DNA from: Batkoa obscura | Lineage: Eukaryota | Length of the DNA: 37,232 bases | Reading direction: 5' to 3' | Assembly: GCA_030770535.1 (NCBI GenBank) | Contig: JASVEC010000170.1 | Location: forward strand, 1 to 37,232 | Shown here: positions 11,733 to 25,333 of the stretch, piece after piece | Numbering within the stretch: the stretch's first letter is position 1 | Layout of the letters: each line of letters opens with the position of its first letter | Position numbers and translations under genes: made by a program | The notes under the pieces: model-generated | Databases searched by the model: none | Told to the model about the DNA's origin: nothing | What the model saw: the letters and a program-made list of their open reading frames with translations, nothing else

Positions 11733-13177
11733 GTTATTAATAGCTAAGTTAATAAATAGTCAAAAAATAAGTAACTGTAATAATATGTAAAAACTATCAT
11801 TACTTGTACTATATAGTGATGGTTAATTATAGTTTTCGGGCTAACCATTCCCTCCCATGCAGCTATTTATTAACTTGGCAATATATTAATAATGTAATTA
11901 CAACATTAAAATAGTTTATTTATTTGATAATAAATCTACAATGTTGGTTATAAAGCGGTTGATAATAAATATTTCTCAATTAAGCTTTATAAGAACATGT
12001 ATTTAAGATCTAGTAGAAATTCAACTAACTTACAGTATGAGCTATAATAGAATGATTTAGAACTGTGTTTGGGTACTTTTGTTTTAATAAAAGATGTGAT
12101 TTTATAGAATTTTAAGCGAAGTTTTTAAAATACAAATTTTTTCAAAAATTGGATAAAATAATGAAACTAATTCAGACAACCCCATATATTAAACTAATAA
12201 TACACACAATTTCTAAAAATCATCCATAAATTCCAAAAGGTTGTTTGAGCCTGGAGCTCAGCATAACTTTTAAAGCAACTGTATGTCCGAAAATAAAAAA
12301 TCTTTCTGTATCAATAATCAACTGTTTTTATATACATTCTGAAAGAGTAAGGCCACAAGTGATTCATTCCCGATAATAAAAACAAAGAGGCTTCAGATAA
12401 TGGGTAAGAGCGATTAAAGCAAAAATTTAGATATAAGTCCAAAGTAAGAATACTTATTTGACTTTTCTTTTTTCAACCTGGAGAGGTCACACTAAATGGT
12501 TTCAACTTCCAATTTGTAAAAGGTAAATCACATAAAGAATATTAATGAGAGAATATAAGTGAGATCAATTAGTTATTCCCTAAAAGTTTATCATAATATA
12601 GTTATATTGGTTACAACCCAGTTTACATGATAAGAGTTTGGTCAAAGAAAATGAGTGAATGTAGAAGGACGTTTAATTATTTATAAGATAGATAGGTGCC
12701 AGAAAAATTAAGGGGAGAATAAGTTGAAAATTACAGAACTGAGTCCCAGAATTTTTGTACATCAAAATAAAAAATAAACCTGTGGCAACTAGATTTTACA
12801 ATTTTTCCATAAAACAAACTCGCAACTCTGAAGTTAAGTACATTACAAGATAAAGAAGCGCAGGGCTTAAAAACCTCATGATTAAGTAATTAAGTAATTA
12901 AGTGATTAGGTGACGTTACACTTGCTTTTCTAATGAGATATTAAAAATATCAAAAAAGTATAATTTGCAAAGGACAAATTGCTTGGTTCAGTAGTTAATT
13001 CGACATTCTTAATTTCGAAGATATTTCTAAAATAGGATTATAGACAATTGAACCGATATTTTTTTATAAAATACATATCTAAGGTAGTGTTTATTACATC
13101 CAAGCTAAATTTATTAAAGATAGTATATATGTTTTAATAAAGATATTATGTACTCTGTAGCTTTAAAAATATGATAT

Positions 13178-13274
13178 GACGATATTTTTTTAGCTTCACT
13201 ACCTTCCATTTTTTTAAGCACTATTTGAGTGGAAAAATTATTAGTAAAATTCTTAAACAAAAAAATACATCCCC
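13178..13274 (-). mobile_element. 99-bp MITE family copy
   Basis: ATAT|GACGATATTTTTTTAGCTTCACT...AAATACATCCCC|ATAT. Confidence 0.9.
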
Positions 13275-13827
13275 ATATAGTAAATTTTATATAATTCTTA
13301 TAAAACATTTAATATGTGATAGCAGTTATATTAACTAGTATATTTTATAAAGCACATTTTAAAATAATTAAAACATTCTTATTTAAACGAATAATAAAAC
13401 TATTTAACTTTCTATAAATATTATAATAATTTCAATGTATTACAGCTATAGTAAAAAAATTTCAAAAAAATGAAGTAATAATGTTTTTAATTTTGTTCAC
13501 TTTTGTTATAAGATATTATCAAAATATTATTACTTATTTTGTTGAAAGTTTTTTTATAGCTGTAAATGATACAAGTACTGTAATATAATTGAATTTGAGA
13601 AATAGTCAATTTTTAATTATTAACCAATCAATCCCATTAATTTTAGATGATTCCGATTGGACTCAATAGATTGATTAGTTTAGATTCAGATGATAATTTT
13701 CATCAAGATTTAAATCTACAAACAAGTCCAATTTTTTTATTAAAAAAAATCAATAAAGTTAAACAAAAGAAAATAGCAGATAACATTATAACGATTTAAA
13801 AAGAAGGATAAAGAATAAATAAAAAAA

Positions 13828-14763
13828 ATGTTTGGATTAAGTAGTAAATTAATTAAGAGATGTATGTTCTCTAATGGTATAAAAAGTGTTAACCGAGTGA
13901 ACTTTACCACCCGTAGTATTCAATTATCAGATAAACTTTTTATTGTAAGCTTATATATAAAATAAAATAAAATAGAGTAACAATAATTTTATAAAAAAAT
14001 AGCATCGTGATACTGAAAGAAACAATCCTAAAATTGATTTTAAATTCACTGAAGAAAATTTAAAAGAAGCACAAAACATTATTGCTAAATATCCAAAACA
14101 ATATAAAAAAGGAGCTGCTATACCATTATTACATTTAGGTCAAAAGCAATTAGGTTTTACTTCTATTTCGGTTATGAATGAAGTAGCACGTTTATTAGAA
14201 ATGCCACCAATGCGTGTGTATGAAGTAGCTACTTTCTATACAATGTTTAATAGGTAAATATTGAAATTTTGATTTAACTTTTTAATATTATTAATACTGA
14301 TAAATTTTAATTTCAAAGAGATCCAGTGGGTAAATATTTCCTTCAAGTTTGTACAACTACTCCATGTCAACTTTGTGGATCGGATAAAATTGTAGATGCT
14401 ATTAAAAAACATTTGGGTATTAAAATGGGGGAAACAACTAAAGACAATTTATTTACTTTAGTGGAAGTGGAATGTGCTGGTGCTTGTGTTAATGCTCCTG
14501 TTTTGGCTATTAATGATGATTATTTTGTAAGTTTTATTTTTAATCTATTTCTAAATTTAATCTATTTTTTTATATTATTTTATTTTAAATAGGAGGATCT
14601 TACCCCAGAAGCTACTATTAAAATATTAGAAGATATTAAAAGTGGTAAGAAAGTTACTCCAGGCCCAATTTCAGGTCGTAAAACTTGTGAACCTATCGTG
14701 GGTCTATCTTCTCTTAAAGAAGAACCTACTGGCCCTGGATTTGGAGTTCGTTCTGATCTTTAA
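13828..14763 (+). CDS. NDUFV2: NADH:ubiquinone oxidoreductase 24-kDa Fe-S subunit, mitochondrial
   Basis: Exons 13828-13944, 14003-14253, 14319-14526 and 14593-14763. Protein has a basic presequence, [48 protein letters not shown] and a C-terminal [13 protein letters not shown]. Confidence 0.97.
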
Positions 14764-14965
14764 TTTTTTTAAAGGATTGAAACTGCTTTTTTAATAAAAT
14801 ATTTAGTTTATTTTTATTACTTTGTAATATTAATTATATATATGTATTTAATAGATAATAATATACAGTATTATTTAAAATAAAAAAGAAATTTATAAAT
14901 GAATAAATAATGAATGAAATAATAAGTTATTATAACAATTATTTAATAAAATTTCAATAGATAAA

Positions 14966-17900
14966 TTATAATTGAGAAAGGGAATGAAGAGCATTAGTCT
15001 AAATAAAAAAATATTCAAAAATAAATTTAATTTAATTTAATTTAATTTAATTTACTTTTGAAATAATAGTTAATTCCTTATTAAATTTTTCCATTTGTTT
15101 CAAAATTTTGAATTTATCTAATTTCACATTAAGTTTTGTTAAATCCACCATTTGATTTTCTAAATATTATATATTAATATCAATTTAACAAGTTATAATA
15201 ATATTAAATAAAAAATTACTATTTAATTTTTGATAATCTGATAACTCTTCAAAAAAACCAAATTCTTCTAATATATTAGTATATAAATCAATAACTAAAG
15301 TTTCAAAGCTGTCCATTGGTTTAATATTATTAATTAATTTATATAATTCAAAGCTCTGTTGATATTCTTTAACCATTTGTTGAATTTCTTTTTGATAACT
15401 AAATTCATTATTATAGTTGAGTTTATGCAGTTGAATTACTTTTTGTTCAATTGGACTAACTAATTTAAGAAACAAATCAATACTAATAGTAAGTGATGTA
15501 ATATTCGATTGTCTTTGAAAGATTCGTTTTCGTACAATCTAATAAGAATATTAATTAATTATATAGAATATTGACTATAATAACTAATTTTACTTTAATA
15601 TAATAACTTTGTCCCATTTTCCATGTTTTTTCAAAATCATAAACTGAAATTTCCACTCTTGATAATCTTTTCAATAATTTATACATCAAATCTTCTTGTG
15701 GCAATTTAATAGTTAATTCATACATAAATTTAATATAGTTAGCCACATAAACAAAATGTTTTCCATGTCTAAATAAAAAAAGATAAATTAATTTATTATT
15801 ATTATTATTATTTATTACCTTTCAAATTCTGGTTTCCAAATACCTAAAAACATATGAGGTGAAGTGTTAATTCTAACTATATTTTCCATTTCATCCATAG
15901 CTCCTTTAGTATCTCCTTTTTCAAAATATAAGATTCTTGCTTCTAAATAAAATAATTTATGTTGCCATTTTTTTTTATCTAATGCTTTAAGTTTATGTAA
16001 CCATTTTAATATAGTATCAATTAATATTTCCCGATTAATATTATTGAGATTTCGTATTTCTTCAATATCATTTAATTTTTCAAACCCTTTAGATAAATAT
16101 GAATATAATATAGATTCCTAATAATAATAATTTAATTTAATTTAATTTAATTTAATTAATAATATAAACTTACATCTATTCGTTTATTTTTCAAATATTT
16201 ATAAGCTAAACTTAATAGTAAATAATAGGGTTCAACGATAAAATCATGATGTCGAATGTTTGTTGAGTGTTTAATAGAATTAATAACAATACCAAGTACT
16301 TTCTAAATAAAATAAGAATATCAAATATTTAAAATATTAAATTAATTACTTTGATTGGGGACTTGAGTTTATGATTACATTTTGCAATCATCATCAAAGT
16401 ACTAAATAAAATTAACAAATTAATTTCTAATAAAAATAAAATAAACTTTACTGCCAATTTGGTTTTTCAAACGAACAAGCTGCTTTAAATAAAACCTCCG
16501 CTAATTTATAAACTTGTGATTTAGTTGGTACTTCAATTTTAGTTACTTTAAAATTGACTTCATTCTCTAAAAAGTCATTATCTTTGGGTTCTATCAATTT
16601 AACTACTTCCTTTTCGTATAATGTAAATGGTAACATGTTCATTGGATAACCAGCAGAGCAGTATAATGCATTACCAAACTCATTAAAAAAGTGCACTTTG
16701 GATAACATTGGGTTTGTTTCACTTACTTTATATTTATTTAATAAATTAGCTACTTGAGAAAAACAAGCTAATGATTTCTATTAAATATTAATAAATAAAT
16801 GATATTAAACAAGAACAATATATCACTATTTACTTTATAAAGAGTTCCAAGTTTTATACCATTAAATTTGATATTAGTTGCTGTTCTCGAAACTAAACCA
16901 CCTGCTAATTCAAAATAAGATAAACCAAGATAATACCAACATTCAATACTTTTTGGACATATTAATAAATGTTTCTATTTGATTATTATTAATTATCAAT
17001 GTTGTTATTTTAATTTTAATTAGTTACCATGAATAAATCAATAGTTTGTTCCCATTCTGCTTCTTCAATAACAGCACTTTGCTTAAATTTCATTTTATAT
17101 TGATAAAATTGAATTCTTCCAAGTGCAAAATATAATTTAGAATAAATTTCTATAATTCAAATGTAATATTTATTATTATAATTGTCATTATTATTAAATA
17201 GTAATGATATTTACCTGGTAATATAAAACAAGTATTTCCTAAGGTACCATGACAAAGTAAAATATCATTTTTATTAGTAAATGATTTATTATTAAATAAA
17301 TCAAGATGTTTATCAAAATATGCTTCAATTATACTTTTATTATAAGCAATATCACCTAATTAAAACAGTATCAATTAATATTAAATATCAGATTAATTAA
17401 TTAATTAATGTACCATGTTTATTGAAATTAGGAAGGTTAATAAAATCTTTTAAATTATCCAAAATACTTCGATGGTCACGAATCGTTTGAAATCCTTTGC
17501 TTACTTTATTTTCAATTAAATTCCAAACAATATTAAATACATCCAGTGCTGATTTCATATCCAACGATAATGGTGTTTTTGAATGTTCTTGTTTATATAA
17601 TGAATTTGTCTAATATAAAATAATAATTAATTAAATTAATATAACAATAATAATGATATTTACGCTAATTGGAAAATGAAATAAACAATAATAACATTGA
17701 TGTTTTTCGTCTTCAAAAGATCCTTTAGATAATTCCATAAATAACAAACATAATTTTGGAAATAATCCTAAATTAATATTAAATTAACACTAAATTATTA
17801 TTAAATATAAATCAATCAATTACCATTTTCTTCATCACATAAATATTTATTACCAATTTCTCCATGAACATCTAATAAAAGATCCATAGTTTGATTAATA

Positions 17901-20900
17901 ACATCGATGGAATTGGGATTATTGACAACTTCAGTTTCATTTAATTGTTGATTATTATTATTATTATTGAATAAAATTAATGAATAAGCTGTAAATTGCC
18001 AAGCTTTAACTAAAAAAGATTTAATTATTTGGTTGTCTTTTTGTAAAAATATTTCATTGTCAAAATGTAACATAAAGGTACATGACATATAATTAATTAA
18101 TAATATCATGGAAGCTATTTTAATTAATTGATCTGAAAGTAAATATGTTTTTAATAATTTAGCGCTGAATTGATTATTTTCAAATATTGTTGCTATTTTT
18201 GTAATATATTTATTTATCTAAAAAAAGTAAAAATAAAAATTAATTTGTATTAAATTAATTTAATAGTTAAAATTTACTTTATCTAAAATTAATAAAATTT
18301 CTTGTACTATTATTTCATTGTTATTATCATTCTCATCTTTTTTATTTTGTTTGAATTGTATGTTTTCTTTTTTATCGTTTTCTTTTTTAATTTTAATATA
18401 TTTGGAATTTCTAAATGCCAATTCAAGTAAATTATAAACTTCAATTTCAATTCCAATATAACAACTAAAAAATATGGAACTTTCGTGAGTTGAATTGTTT
18501 TTGTCCATCAAACTATTATTTTGTTCAAATATTTTTAAATCATACATCTAATTTAATTTGTCAATTAATGAATAAAATAAATAATATAATATAATATAAA
18601 TAATGATCTTACTTTTAATAATAATTCAGGTAAATTACCATATTCTTTTAATAAATCAATATCATTACTAATAAATTTATTTTTATTTTTAAATAAACTT
18701 AATTCATGAAATTGTTTTAATTGATTTAAAACTTGTAAATAATAAATTCCTATCTTATCACCTGATAATTCTCCATCTTCTATTAACTTTAAATTGATGT
18801 TTCTCTTTATATTATTTATTCTTTCTTTAAGTTGATCCATATTAACATCTGATTTTATACTAATTAAAATCAATTAATTATATTATATTATATTATTAAT
18901 AAAGATTATTACTTATTTATAAAATCCTTTATTTTTATTGTATTATTTAAATCCGATTCTTTAAGTTGAATTATTTTTTTAATTGCTTGTAATTCTTTAG
19001 TTGATTCTTTATTATAATAAAATAACCATGATTTTAACCACCAATATCTATTTATTTTAATATTATTATTTGTTTTTATTTATTCTATTACATTAATGAT
19101 CTACCTTACTAAAGTATTTGAATTTAAATTATCATTAAGCTCCATTTTAATATCCAAGTGCATCAACCAAAATTCAAGTATATCATCGATCATTAATCCT
19201 TTACTTAATTGCATTTGATTTTCATATTCATTATAATTTTGTTGAATACTTAATAAAATTTCACAAATATTAAAACATATCTAATAAATATTAAATATTA
19301 AATATGTTATTGTTATATATATAAAATAAATTAATAACTACCTCAGTATAATTCTCTTTTTCAAAACAAGTTGAAATAAAATCATAAATAGATGAACTAA
19401 AATATAAAATTAAATCACACAAAATAATTTTAGATGAGATGTTGTAATAATAATTAAAATAGAACGATGAATATTGATTTGAAATACCAAGTAAAATTAA
19501 TAAGTAATCTAATATCCAATCATAAATCGATAAATTTAGATTATTTCGTTCTTGAATAAATTCATATAATTCTTCTTTTTCATTATTGTTAATATCAGAA
19601 CATTCATTCAAAATATTTTTTTCTCCTTTTATATGACACAAATCTTCAAACTTACTAATTAAAAACAAATTATTTGTAATTATAATAATTAGTATATGAA
19701 TTACTCTTTCCATTCACTTATAGAATCTAAATTAATTTCAAGCCCCTCTTTTTGATTAGTAAAAATAGCCAATAGACAAGCCAATACATCACCAAACTCA
19801 TCAATAGAATTAGACAATTCAATTAATGGAGTATGATATTTATCATAATCTTGATTATTTAATTGAACTTGTTCAAATATTCTATTTATATGTTTATTAA
19901 CATTAATAGAAAAAAATTCTCCTTTAAATCGTTTTTTTTCATTTTTATTATATTTTTCTAAGACTCTTTTACTTGCGTTGCGTGTCATAGGTGCATTCAA
20001 TTCAATATCCATATCTTCATCTTCCGTCAAATCAATCAATATTGAGGTTGTACTTGATTTTCGTGTTGGATTATTCAAGTCATTAAGTTTTTGTAACCTT
20101 GGACTTTCTTTTGTTATTATTCTAAGAAGATTAAAAAATAATTCTCTCAAACAAACTAAATTTACTTATATTGATTATTTTTTTGATTTTGAATATTTTG
20201 TTGATATGTTTTTATAAGTAAGTTTCCAATTAATTCAATACTTGCTTCTTTTATATGTAACTCTTGAATCTCTTTTTCCTCTATTTCTTCTGTTTTACTT
20301 TTATTTATTCTAAAAATATTAGGTATTAAAATGTAAAATATAAAATATAAAATAACTTACCTAACATTATCCAATTTGACACTATTTTCCATCAATAAAA
20401 CCAACTCTTTTCCTCTTTTAAAAAAAGGATAAACTTGAAAAGCCATTTCCAACCAAGCATTACAAGACTGAAAGTCTTTAATTTCATATAAAACCTAAAA
20501 AAAATAAATATACTATTTAACAAAAACTCAGAAAAACACGACTAACCTCGATAAGTTTTGTTAAACAATCCCACTTTGCTGGTTGTTTTAAAATATTAAT
20601 AAATTCTTCTGTTGAATATAGCTCATTATTTAATCCCATTTCAAAATAGAATTTCGCTTGATTTAGTAAGCCTTGAGCTTTTAATGCATTGCCTATTTTT
20701 ATTATTAATTGGATATCAAGCCCATACTCTGCTGCCTATGATTTTTGCTTTATTTAACCATTTTTTATAGTTTACGATAACAACTCACCTTTTTATAATG
20801 CATCAAAATCTTCTGATTGAGCTCCAATTGATTACTTTTACCTTCCGAATTTAGGACTTCTTGCTCATATAAAAAAGCTAAATTTTGGTAGCTAAATTTT

Positions 20901-21284
20901 AAAAGCTGTTGGATTTCTTTGGCAAATAAATCTTCCATCTCTTCCTCCTTAATATATTTAAATAAATAATCTAACAAATTAATTACCCATTTACCTTTGA
21001 TTCCAATAGTTGACCAAGTCTTTTACTTACTGCTCCATTTTCAAATTCATCCACCAAATTTAACAACTTAATTTTTGCTTTTAAATATTCTTTTTTTTGT
21101 ATATTTTCAAGTGACTCTATATATTCCTTTCGTAACTCTTTTACCTATAAAATATGATTGATTTATATCCATGTACTAACTTTCAATAAACTTAGTTTCA
21201 ACTTACTTTGTCTTTAATTTCATTTGCTTTTTTTTCTTCATTTTGTTGGACAGCAGCGCTCTTATTAATTGCTTCGAAATACAT
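14966..21284 (-). CDS. HIR3: HIR complex subunit Hir3 / CABIN1 homologue (TPR-like histone chaperone subunit), ~25 short introns
   Basis: Starts MYFEAIN (ATG at 21284). Spliced exons give AKFYFEMGL...KWDCLTKLIEVLYEIKDFQSC (CABIN1-like) and DKKKWQHK...IWKPEFERHGKHFVY (Hir3 signature). Last exon TNALHSLSQL* ends at 14966. Not every junction was checked for frame. Confidence 0.88.
15024..15053. repeat. (AATTT)n microsatellite in the last HIR3 intron; a similar tract lies at ~16129-16157
   Basis: Direct reading: aatttaatttaatttaatttaatttaattt. Confidence 0.85.
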
Positions 21285-21865
21285 GTTAAGAGAAGAAAGT
21301 TTTTTTGTAGTTTGTAAACCTAGACTAACATTTTTGGACCCTTAAAAAAGAGAATGAAAAATGCAGTGGAAGTAAGAAACCAAATACACAAAATCAAAAA
21401 AGATTATAATAATATAACTTGATATAAATATAAAGGAGAAAAAACAATTAAATAATAATCAAAAGCTTTGAGTTGATGTATCATATTTTGTATACATTAA
21501 TTTTTTTAAACACTAAATGCTTTAGTGCAATTCATTTATGTCAAATTGATAGTATCCGATTAGATTTTAAAGCATATATAGAAGAGCATACCAAAATGTT
21601 TTATAAAAACTATAACAATGTTTTATATAGAAAATGAGAATATAGGATAAAGATAACAATAATCATGAACATATCTAGAACTATTAAATAGTACGTTATT
21701 ATCACAATAAATAATTATAAACTTGAACTTTTAATAAAAATAAATAGAATAACGAGGTTAGATAAATAATTCTCAATACAAAATAAAAATTCTTTGTACA
21801 ATTAGATTGCTCTTTTAGCCATTAATAAATTTCAAATATTATCTCAAATATAATATATATAGACT

Positions 21866-24800
21866 TTAAATAATCCCATCCCCAATCTTGAGTGTGGTTA
21901 ACCTATCACCCAATGTGTTATACGCTATTCTTTCTTCCATCAGGTTTTTATTGTCCATAAACTCATTGATGATAGAATAGTTTCGCTTATCTGGTTTATC
22001 ATTTACTTCTGTCCGTTTTTCGATTACCTTATTGTTAAATTGGAAGTTAGTAAAAGTAGCTAACTTTTCTCTTTTTGATTCAACAATTTCACAAAGTACA
22101 TCATAAATAACCCAACAAAAAGTATTAAAATTGGATTGCATGTCCCTATTAAATCCTTTATCATAACTAACAAAATACCAAGCTGATGCTTTTTTGTAAC
22201 TTTCTATTATATTTTTGCCTCTTACTTCATTTTGTCCTTTGACCTTCAATTTTTCAAAAAAAATAGTTCGAAAATCTTTTTTAATATCTTCCATAGCTTC
22301 CATTAAGTTGACCCTTACTCGATACGATCTTTTTTTGCCCATCTCTCGATGGTTTAGTATATACCCAGAAACAACTTCCAACTCATTATTAATACCATGT
22401 TGAAGCATTAAATTTTCAATTGCTGAATCATAGGCTGCTTTATTACGAATGGCGCTTGCAATATATGTTTCATATCCTTCAACTCTTAAAATAGGGTTTA
22501 AATCAAACGAATTAGTTGGTGAAAAAGAACCGAATGTTAACGATCGATATAGCTTTCCTAACAGTTTTTTAGATGTATACATCGGCTTATCTTCCTTTTG
22601 CATAAAATCGGGAAACTCTTTAGCTCTTAGTTCATTTTCTAAATCAGCTGGTATACCCGTTTTTGGAAAATCAACAGCCCTAGAGTGACGTTGTGCTAAG
22701 GTTAAACAATCAGTATCATAAACACCATTATGACGTGCATCGGATAAGGCTAAATGGGAATTGGCAATGGCGCCAAGATTATCGTTTAAAATATAATTGA
22801 TAAAAAATATGCATATATCAAGCGTTTCTATTTTTTCAAGAAACTTAGGTTTGGCTGGTAAGTGACTCATTGGTCGCTCATTTTTTAGGCTTGGTATAAG
22901 TCTTGGATCCCATATTACTATAAATTCATCGCCATCGAGATCTCCGCCACTACATTGGGAGGGTATATCTCTATATCCTGTGGATGGAAATACTACTACA
23001 TTCACTAAATGCTTTAATTCTTTTTTATCAACTGCAGTGACCACTCGGACATCACCTGGATGAAAGCATGGATTTCTAGTTACAATACACTCACCTGTAA
23101 CTATTTTGAAATCATTCAAGTTTTCTAAATTGGAACATTGAACAAAGATTTCACCTTCATTTAAGACACCATATTCATCCATAACCCCAATTAAAAGGGC
23201 CCCTTTTGGTACCTGAATTCTTGCTTTATTTTTTAAATTTGTTAAGACATAAATGTAAACGAGATCAAGCATATTTCTAATATAGTTATCTTTTGAATGA
23301 AATAAATTAGCTTGAATAAGCTTAATCAAAGATTTCGCAACTCCATATTCATCGGTATGGTTTGCTAGTACGGAAATAGCTTTATTGAGAGATTGCTTCA
23401 TTTTTGATAATTCTTGTACCATTTCATTTTGTAACTCTATAAAAACAGAGTCTTCGATACCTAGGGCAGTCAAGAGTATAATAACCTGTCGGTTTAAATG
23501 TGCACAGCGATAATTTGCTATTCGTATTACTTCAAGTACTAAATGGTTAGACTCAAACTTTTTTTGACTGGGCCTTAAACAAAGTTGTTCACCTTCAAGC
23601 TCTGGTGATAGGGTAACAACTCCTTTATAGCCACCCATCCGGAATTGTATGGCACTAGGTGGATTGGGGAGATCCAATTTTCCGTCAATTTTTTTCAGTA
23701 ATTCGCTCGATATTTTACCAACCCCATCCGAAAAGGTCCAACCATTTCTCTTGATATCAGGTATCTCAGTAACATTATAATTTTCAAGCTCAGCTCCGTC
23801 TTTAGAGCTAGAAAAACATTGTCCCATACGTGCAGCATACTTTGCAACATTATGTATACTACTAAAATCACCCATCCACTGATGTATTGCTTCAACTGTA
23901 ATATCCTCAGTATCTGAAAAGAACCAACATCCATGCTCCCTTAATTGACTTGAAGAAAAAGCTAACAGACGATATCTACGGTCACTTATTTTTAGTCCAT
24001 ACCTAAGTATACAAAAGAATCGGATCAATATGTCGTGGTTAGTTTCTTTATTCGCTCCTAATGGTCTCATATTCTCATCACAGAAAACAACTCTTAAAAA
24101 CCTATCTTTTACACTTGAATACTGTCGAATAACCCGATTTGTCATCTCAAGGGTTGCTGGTAAAAGGTAAATTTTAGTAGGTGTTATAGCTACTTTCCTT
24201 ACTAAAACAGAGTGTGATGGCTGAAAGCATAGCCCTTTTATTAAAGACTTTGATGTTATATGTTTATAGAAATATTCATATAAATCTGAAATAAACTTCC
24301 CTTCAGAACATAACCTCTCAAATCCTTGGTTAATAGTCCTACGCTTTGAGTTCTTATCCTTTAACAAATTAATAAAATCTTCTGTAATACATTTGCGAGA
24401 CGTTAAATTAAGAGAAATGATACTTTCGACTGAATAACTTAAGTCAAAAGGTAGCATGCAATTACTATTTATCTTATCCGCTGATGTATTGCTCTTATGG
24501 ACTTCATATTTTTGATAGTTGAATGGTTGTTCAATTAAATTATATTTAGATAAATCTCTCAATACCCTCTCAAAAACTCTTTTGTCATAAGAAAACCCAA
24601 AACGAAATTTGAAACGCCAAGATAACCAATACCCTATTTTTTTACAGTAATTATAGGACACGTCAAAAGGGCTTTCGTCTAAAAAATGTTCTTTATCTTC
24701 TTCTGTATAAATAGCTATAATCCTTTTTTGATATCTATTCCTTTCCCACAAGCCACTTTGTTGCTCTGTTGATTTTTCTTTGATCCAAAACTTAGGGGGT

Positions 24801-25333
24801 CGATTTAAATTGATAACTAATGAAACAGAACTGCCGTTCTCTTGAAGTATCAGCTTTTCTCTTACATCTTGAAAACTGATGATTGCTTTATATTCGTTAT
24901 TTTGATAGTTGAAAAAGATAATAAATTCAGTATGAATAAAGTGGACTATAAACTTTGAATTAGTCGAAATCCCATTTTCTTTGCTTAAATTTATATCCCA
25001 TTCCAAGTCAAAAATTCCGTCAGTAAAGTTACCCAGCTGTATCTTATTTATTGGAAAAACCTGACGTCTACACAGCTGATTATTCATTTTGTTTTTTAAT
25101 TGTATATTTAATTTATAATCTCTAATATAAATACTCTGGGTTAAAAAATCATCTTTAAATGGGTTAAACACAACTTCTGCTGTTATAAAATCAAATAAGT
25201 CTTTATTTTTTTTAATTGTTAGCTTATCAATTTTGCCATATTTTATTAAAACTTCATTAAGCTCAGTATCACTAATTTTAGTAGGAAGGTTAGTAATATT
25301 ATATATATAATATTTTAAAGGTAGCTTATTCAT
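21866..25333 (-). CDS. Eukaryotic RNA-dependent RNA polymerase of the RNAi pathway (RDR-alpha type), 1155 aa, intronless
   Basis: Motifs NRVIRQY, RFLRVVFCDE, LAFSSSQLREH, KYAARMGQCFS, FSDGVGKIS, QFRMGGYKG, TRNPCFHPGD, catalytic CSGGDLDGD and AVDFPKTG. The N-terminus is RRM-like. Confidence 0.97.
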   Translation of the reverse strand: MNKLPLKYYIYNITNLPTKISDTELNEVLIKYGKIDKLTIKKNKDLFDFITAEVVFNPFKDDFLTQSIYIRDYKLNIQLKNKMNNQLCRRQVFPINKIQLGNFTDGIFDLEWDINLSKENGISTNSKFIVHFIHTEFIIFFNYQNNEYKAIISFQDVREKLILQENGSSVSLVINLNRPPKFWIKEKSTEQQSGLWERNRYQKRIIAIYTEEDKEHFLDESPFDVSYNYCKKIGYWLSWRFKFRFGFSYDKRVFERVLRDLSKYNLIEQPFNYQKYEVHKSNTSADKINSNCMLPFDLSYSVESIISLNLTSRKCITEDFINLLKDKNSKRRTINQGFERLCSEGKFISDLYEYFYKHITSKSLIKGLCFQPSHSVLVRKVAITPTKIYLLPATLEMTNRVIRQYSSVKDRFLRVVFCDENMRPLGANKETNHDILIRFFCILRYGLKISDRRYRLLAFSSSQLREHGCWFFSDTEDITVEAIHQWMGDFSSIHNVAKYAARMGQCFSSSKDGAELENYNVTEIPDIKRNGWTFSDGVGKISSELLKKIDGKLDLPNPPSAIQFRMGGYKGVVTLSPELEGEQLCLRPSQKKFESNHLVLEVIRIANYRCAHLNRQVIILLTALGIEDSVFIELQNEMVQELSKMKQSLNKAISVLANHTDEYGVAKSLIKLIQANLFHSKDNYIRNMLDLVYIYVLTNLKNKARIQVPKGALLIGVMDEYGVLNEGEIFVQCSNLENLNDFKIVTGECIVTRNPCFHPGDVRVVTAVDKKELKHLVNVVVFPSTGYRDIPSQCSGGDLDGDEFIVIWDPRLIPSLKNERPMSHLPAKPKFLEKIETLDICIFFINYILNDNLGAIANSHLALSDARHNGVYDTDCLTLAQRHSRAVDFPKTGIPADLENELRAKEFPDFMQKEDKPMYTSKKLLGKLYRSLTFGSFSPTNSFDLNPILRVEGYETYIASAIRNKAAYDSAIENLMLQHGINNELEVVSGYILNHREMGKKRSYRVRVNLMEAMEDIKKDFRTIFFEKLKVKGQNEVRGKNIIESYKKASAWYFVSYDKGFNRDMQSNFNTFCWVIYDVLCEIVESKREKLATFTNFQFNNKVIEKRTEVNDKPDKRNYSIINEFMDNKNLMEERIAYNTLGDRLTTLKIGDGII

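Larger units (their letters stand above)
9630..12183 (+). mobile_element. Sola2-like DNA transposon, copy 1 (2554 bp)
   Basis: TIRs GGGGCTGTCCTAATTGGTTTCA and TGAAACTAATTCAGACAACCCC (18/22 match), ATAT TSD at 9626-9629 and 12184-12187, an internal DDD-type transposase, and a second copy at 25551-28976. GRG termini with a 4-bp AT-rich TSD fit Sola2. The superfamily call is from motif recall, not a search. Confidence 0.85.

Noticed and set aside
12879..12912. Four copies of an 8-mer (TRATTAAG-like)
   Set aside because: Short tandem repeat in AT-rich DNA with no evidence of function.
22215..23934. Short ORFs overlapping RdRP (22215-22403, 22449-22688, 23695-23934); likewise 19978-20217, 34754-34987, 3130-3327 and 2036-2218
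   Set aside because: Alternate-frame or antisense overlaps of well-supported genes with no recognisable motifs.
21866..25333. RdRP as an endogenous viral polymerase
   Set aside because: It has the cellular double-psi-barrel DLDGD motif set, not viral palm-domain GDD motifs.
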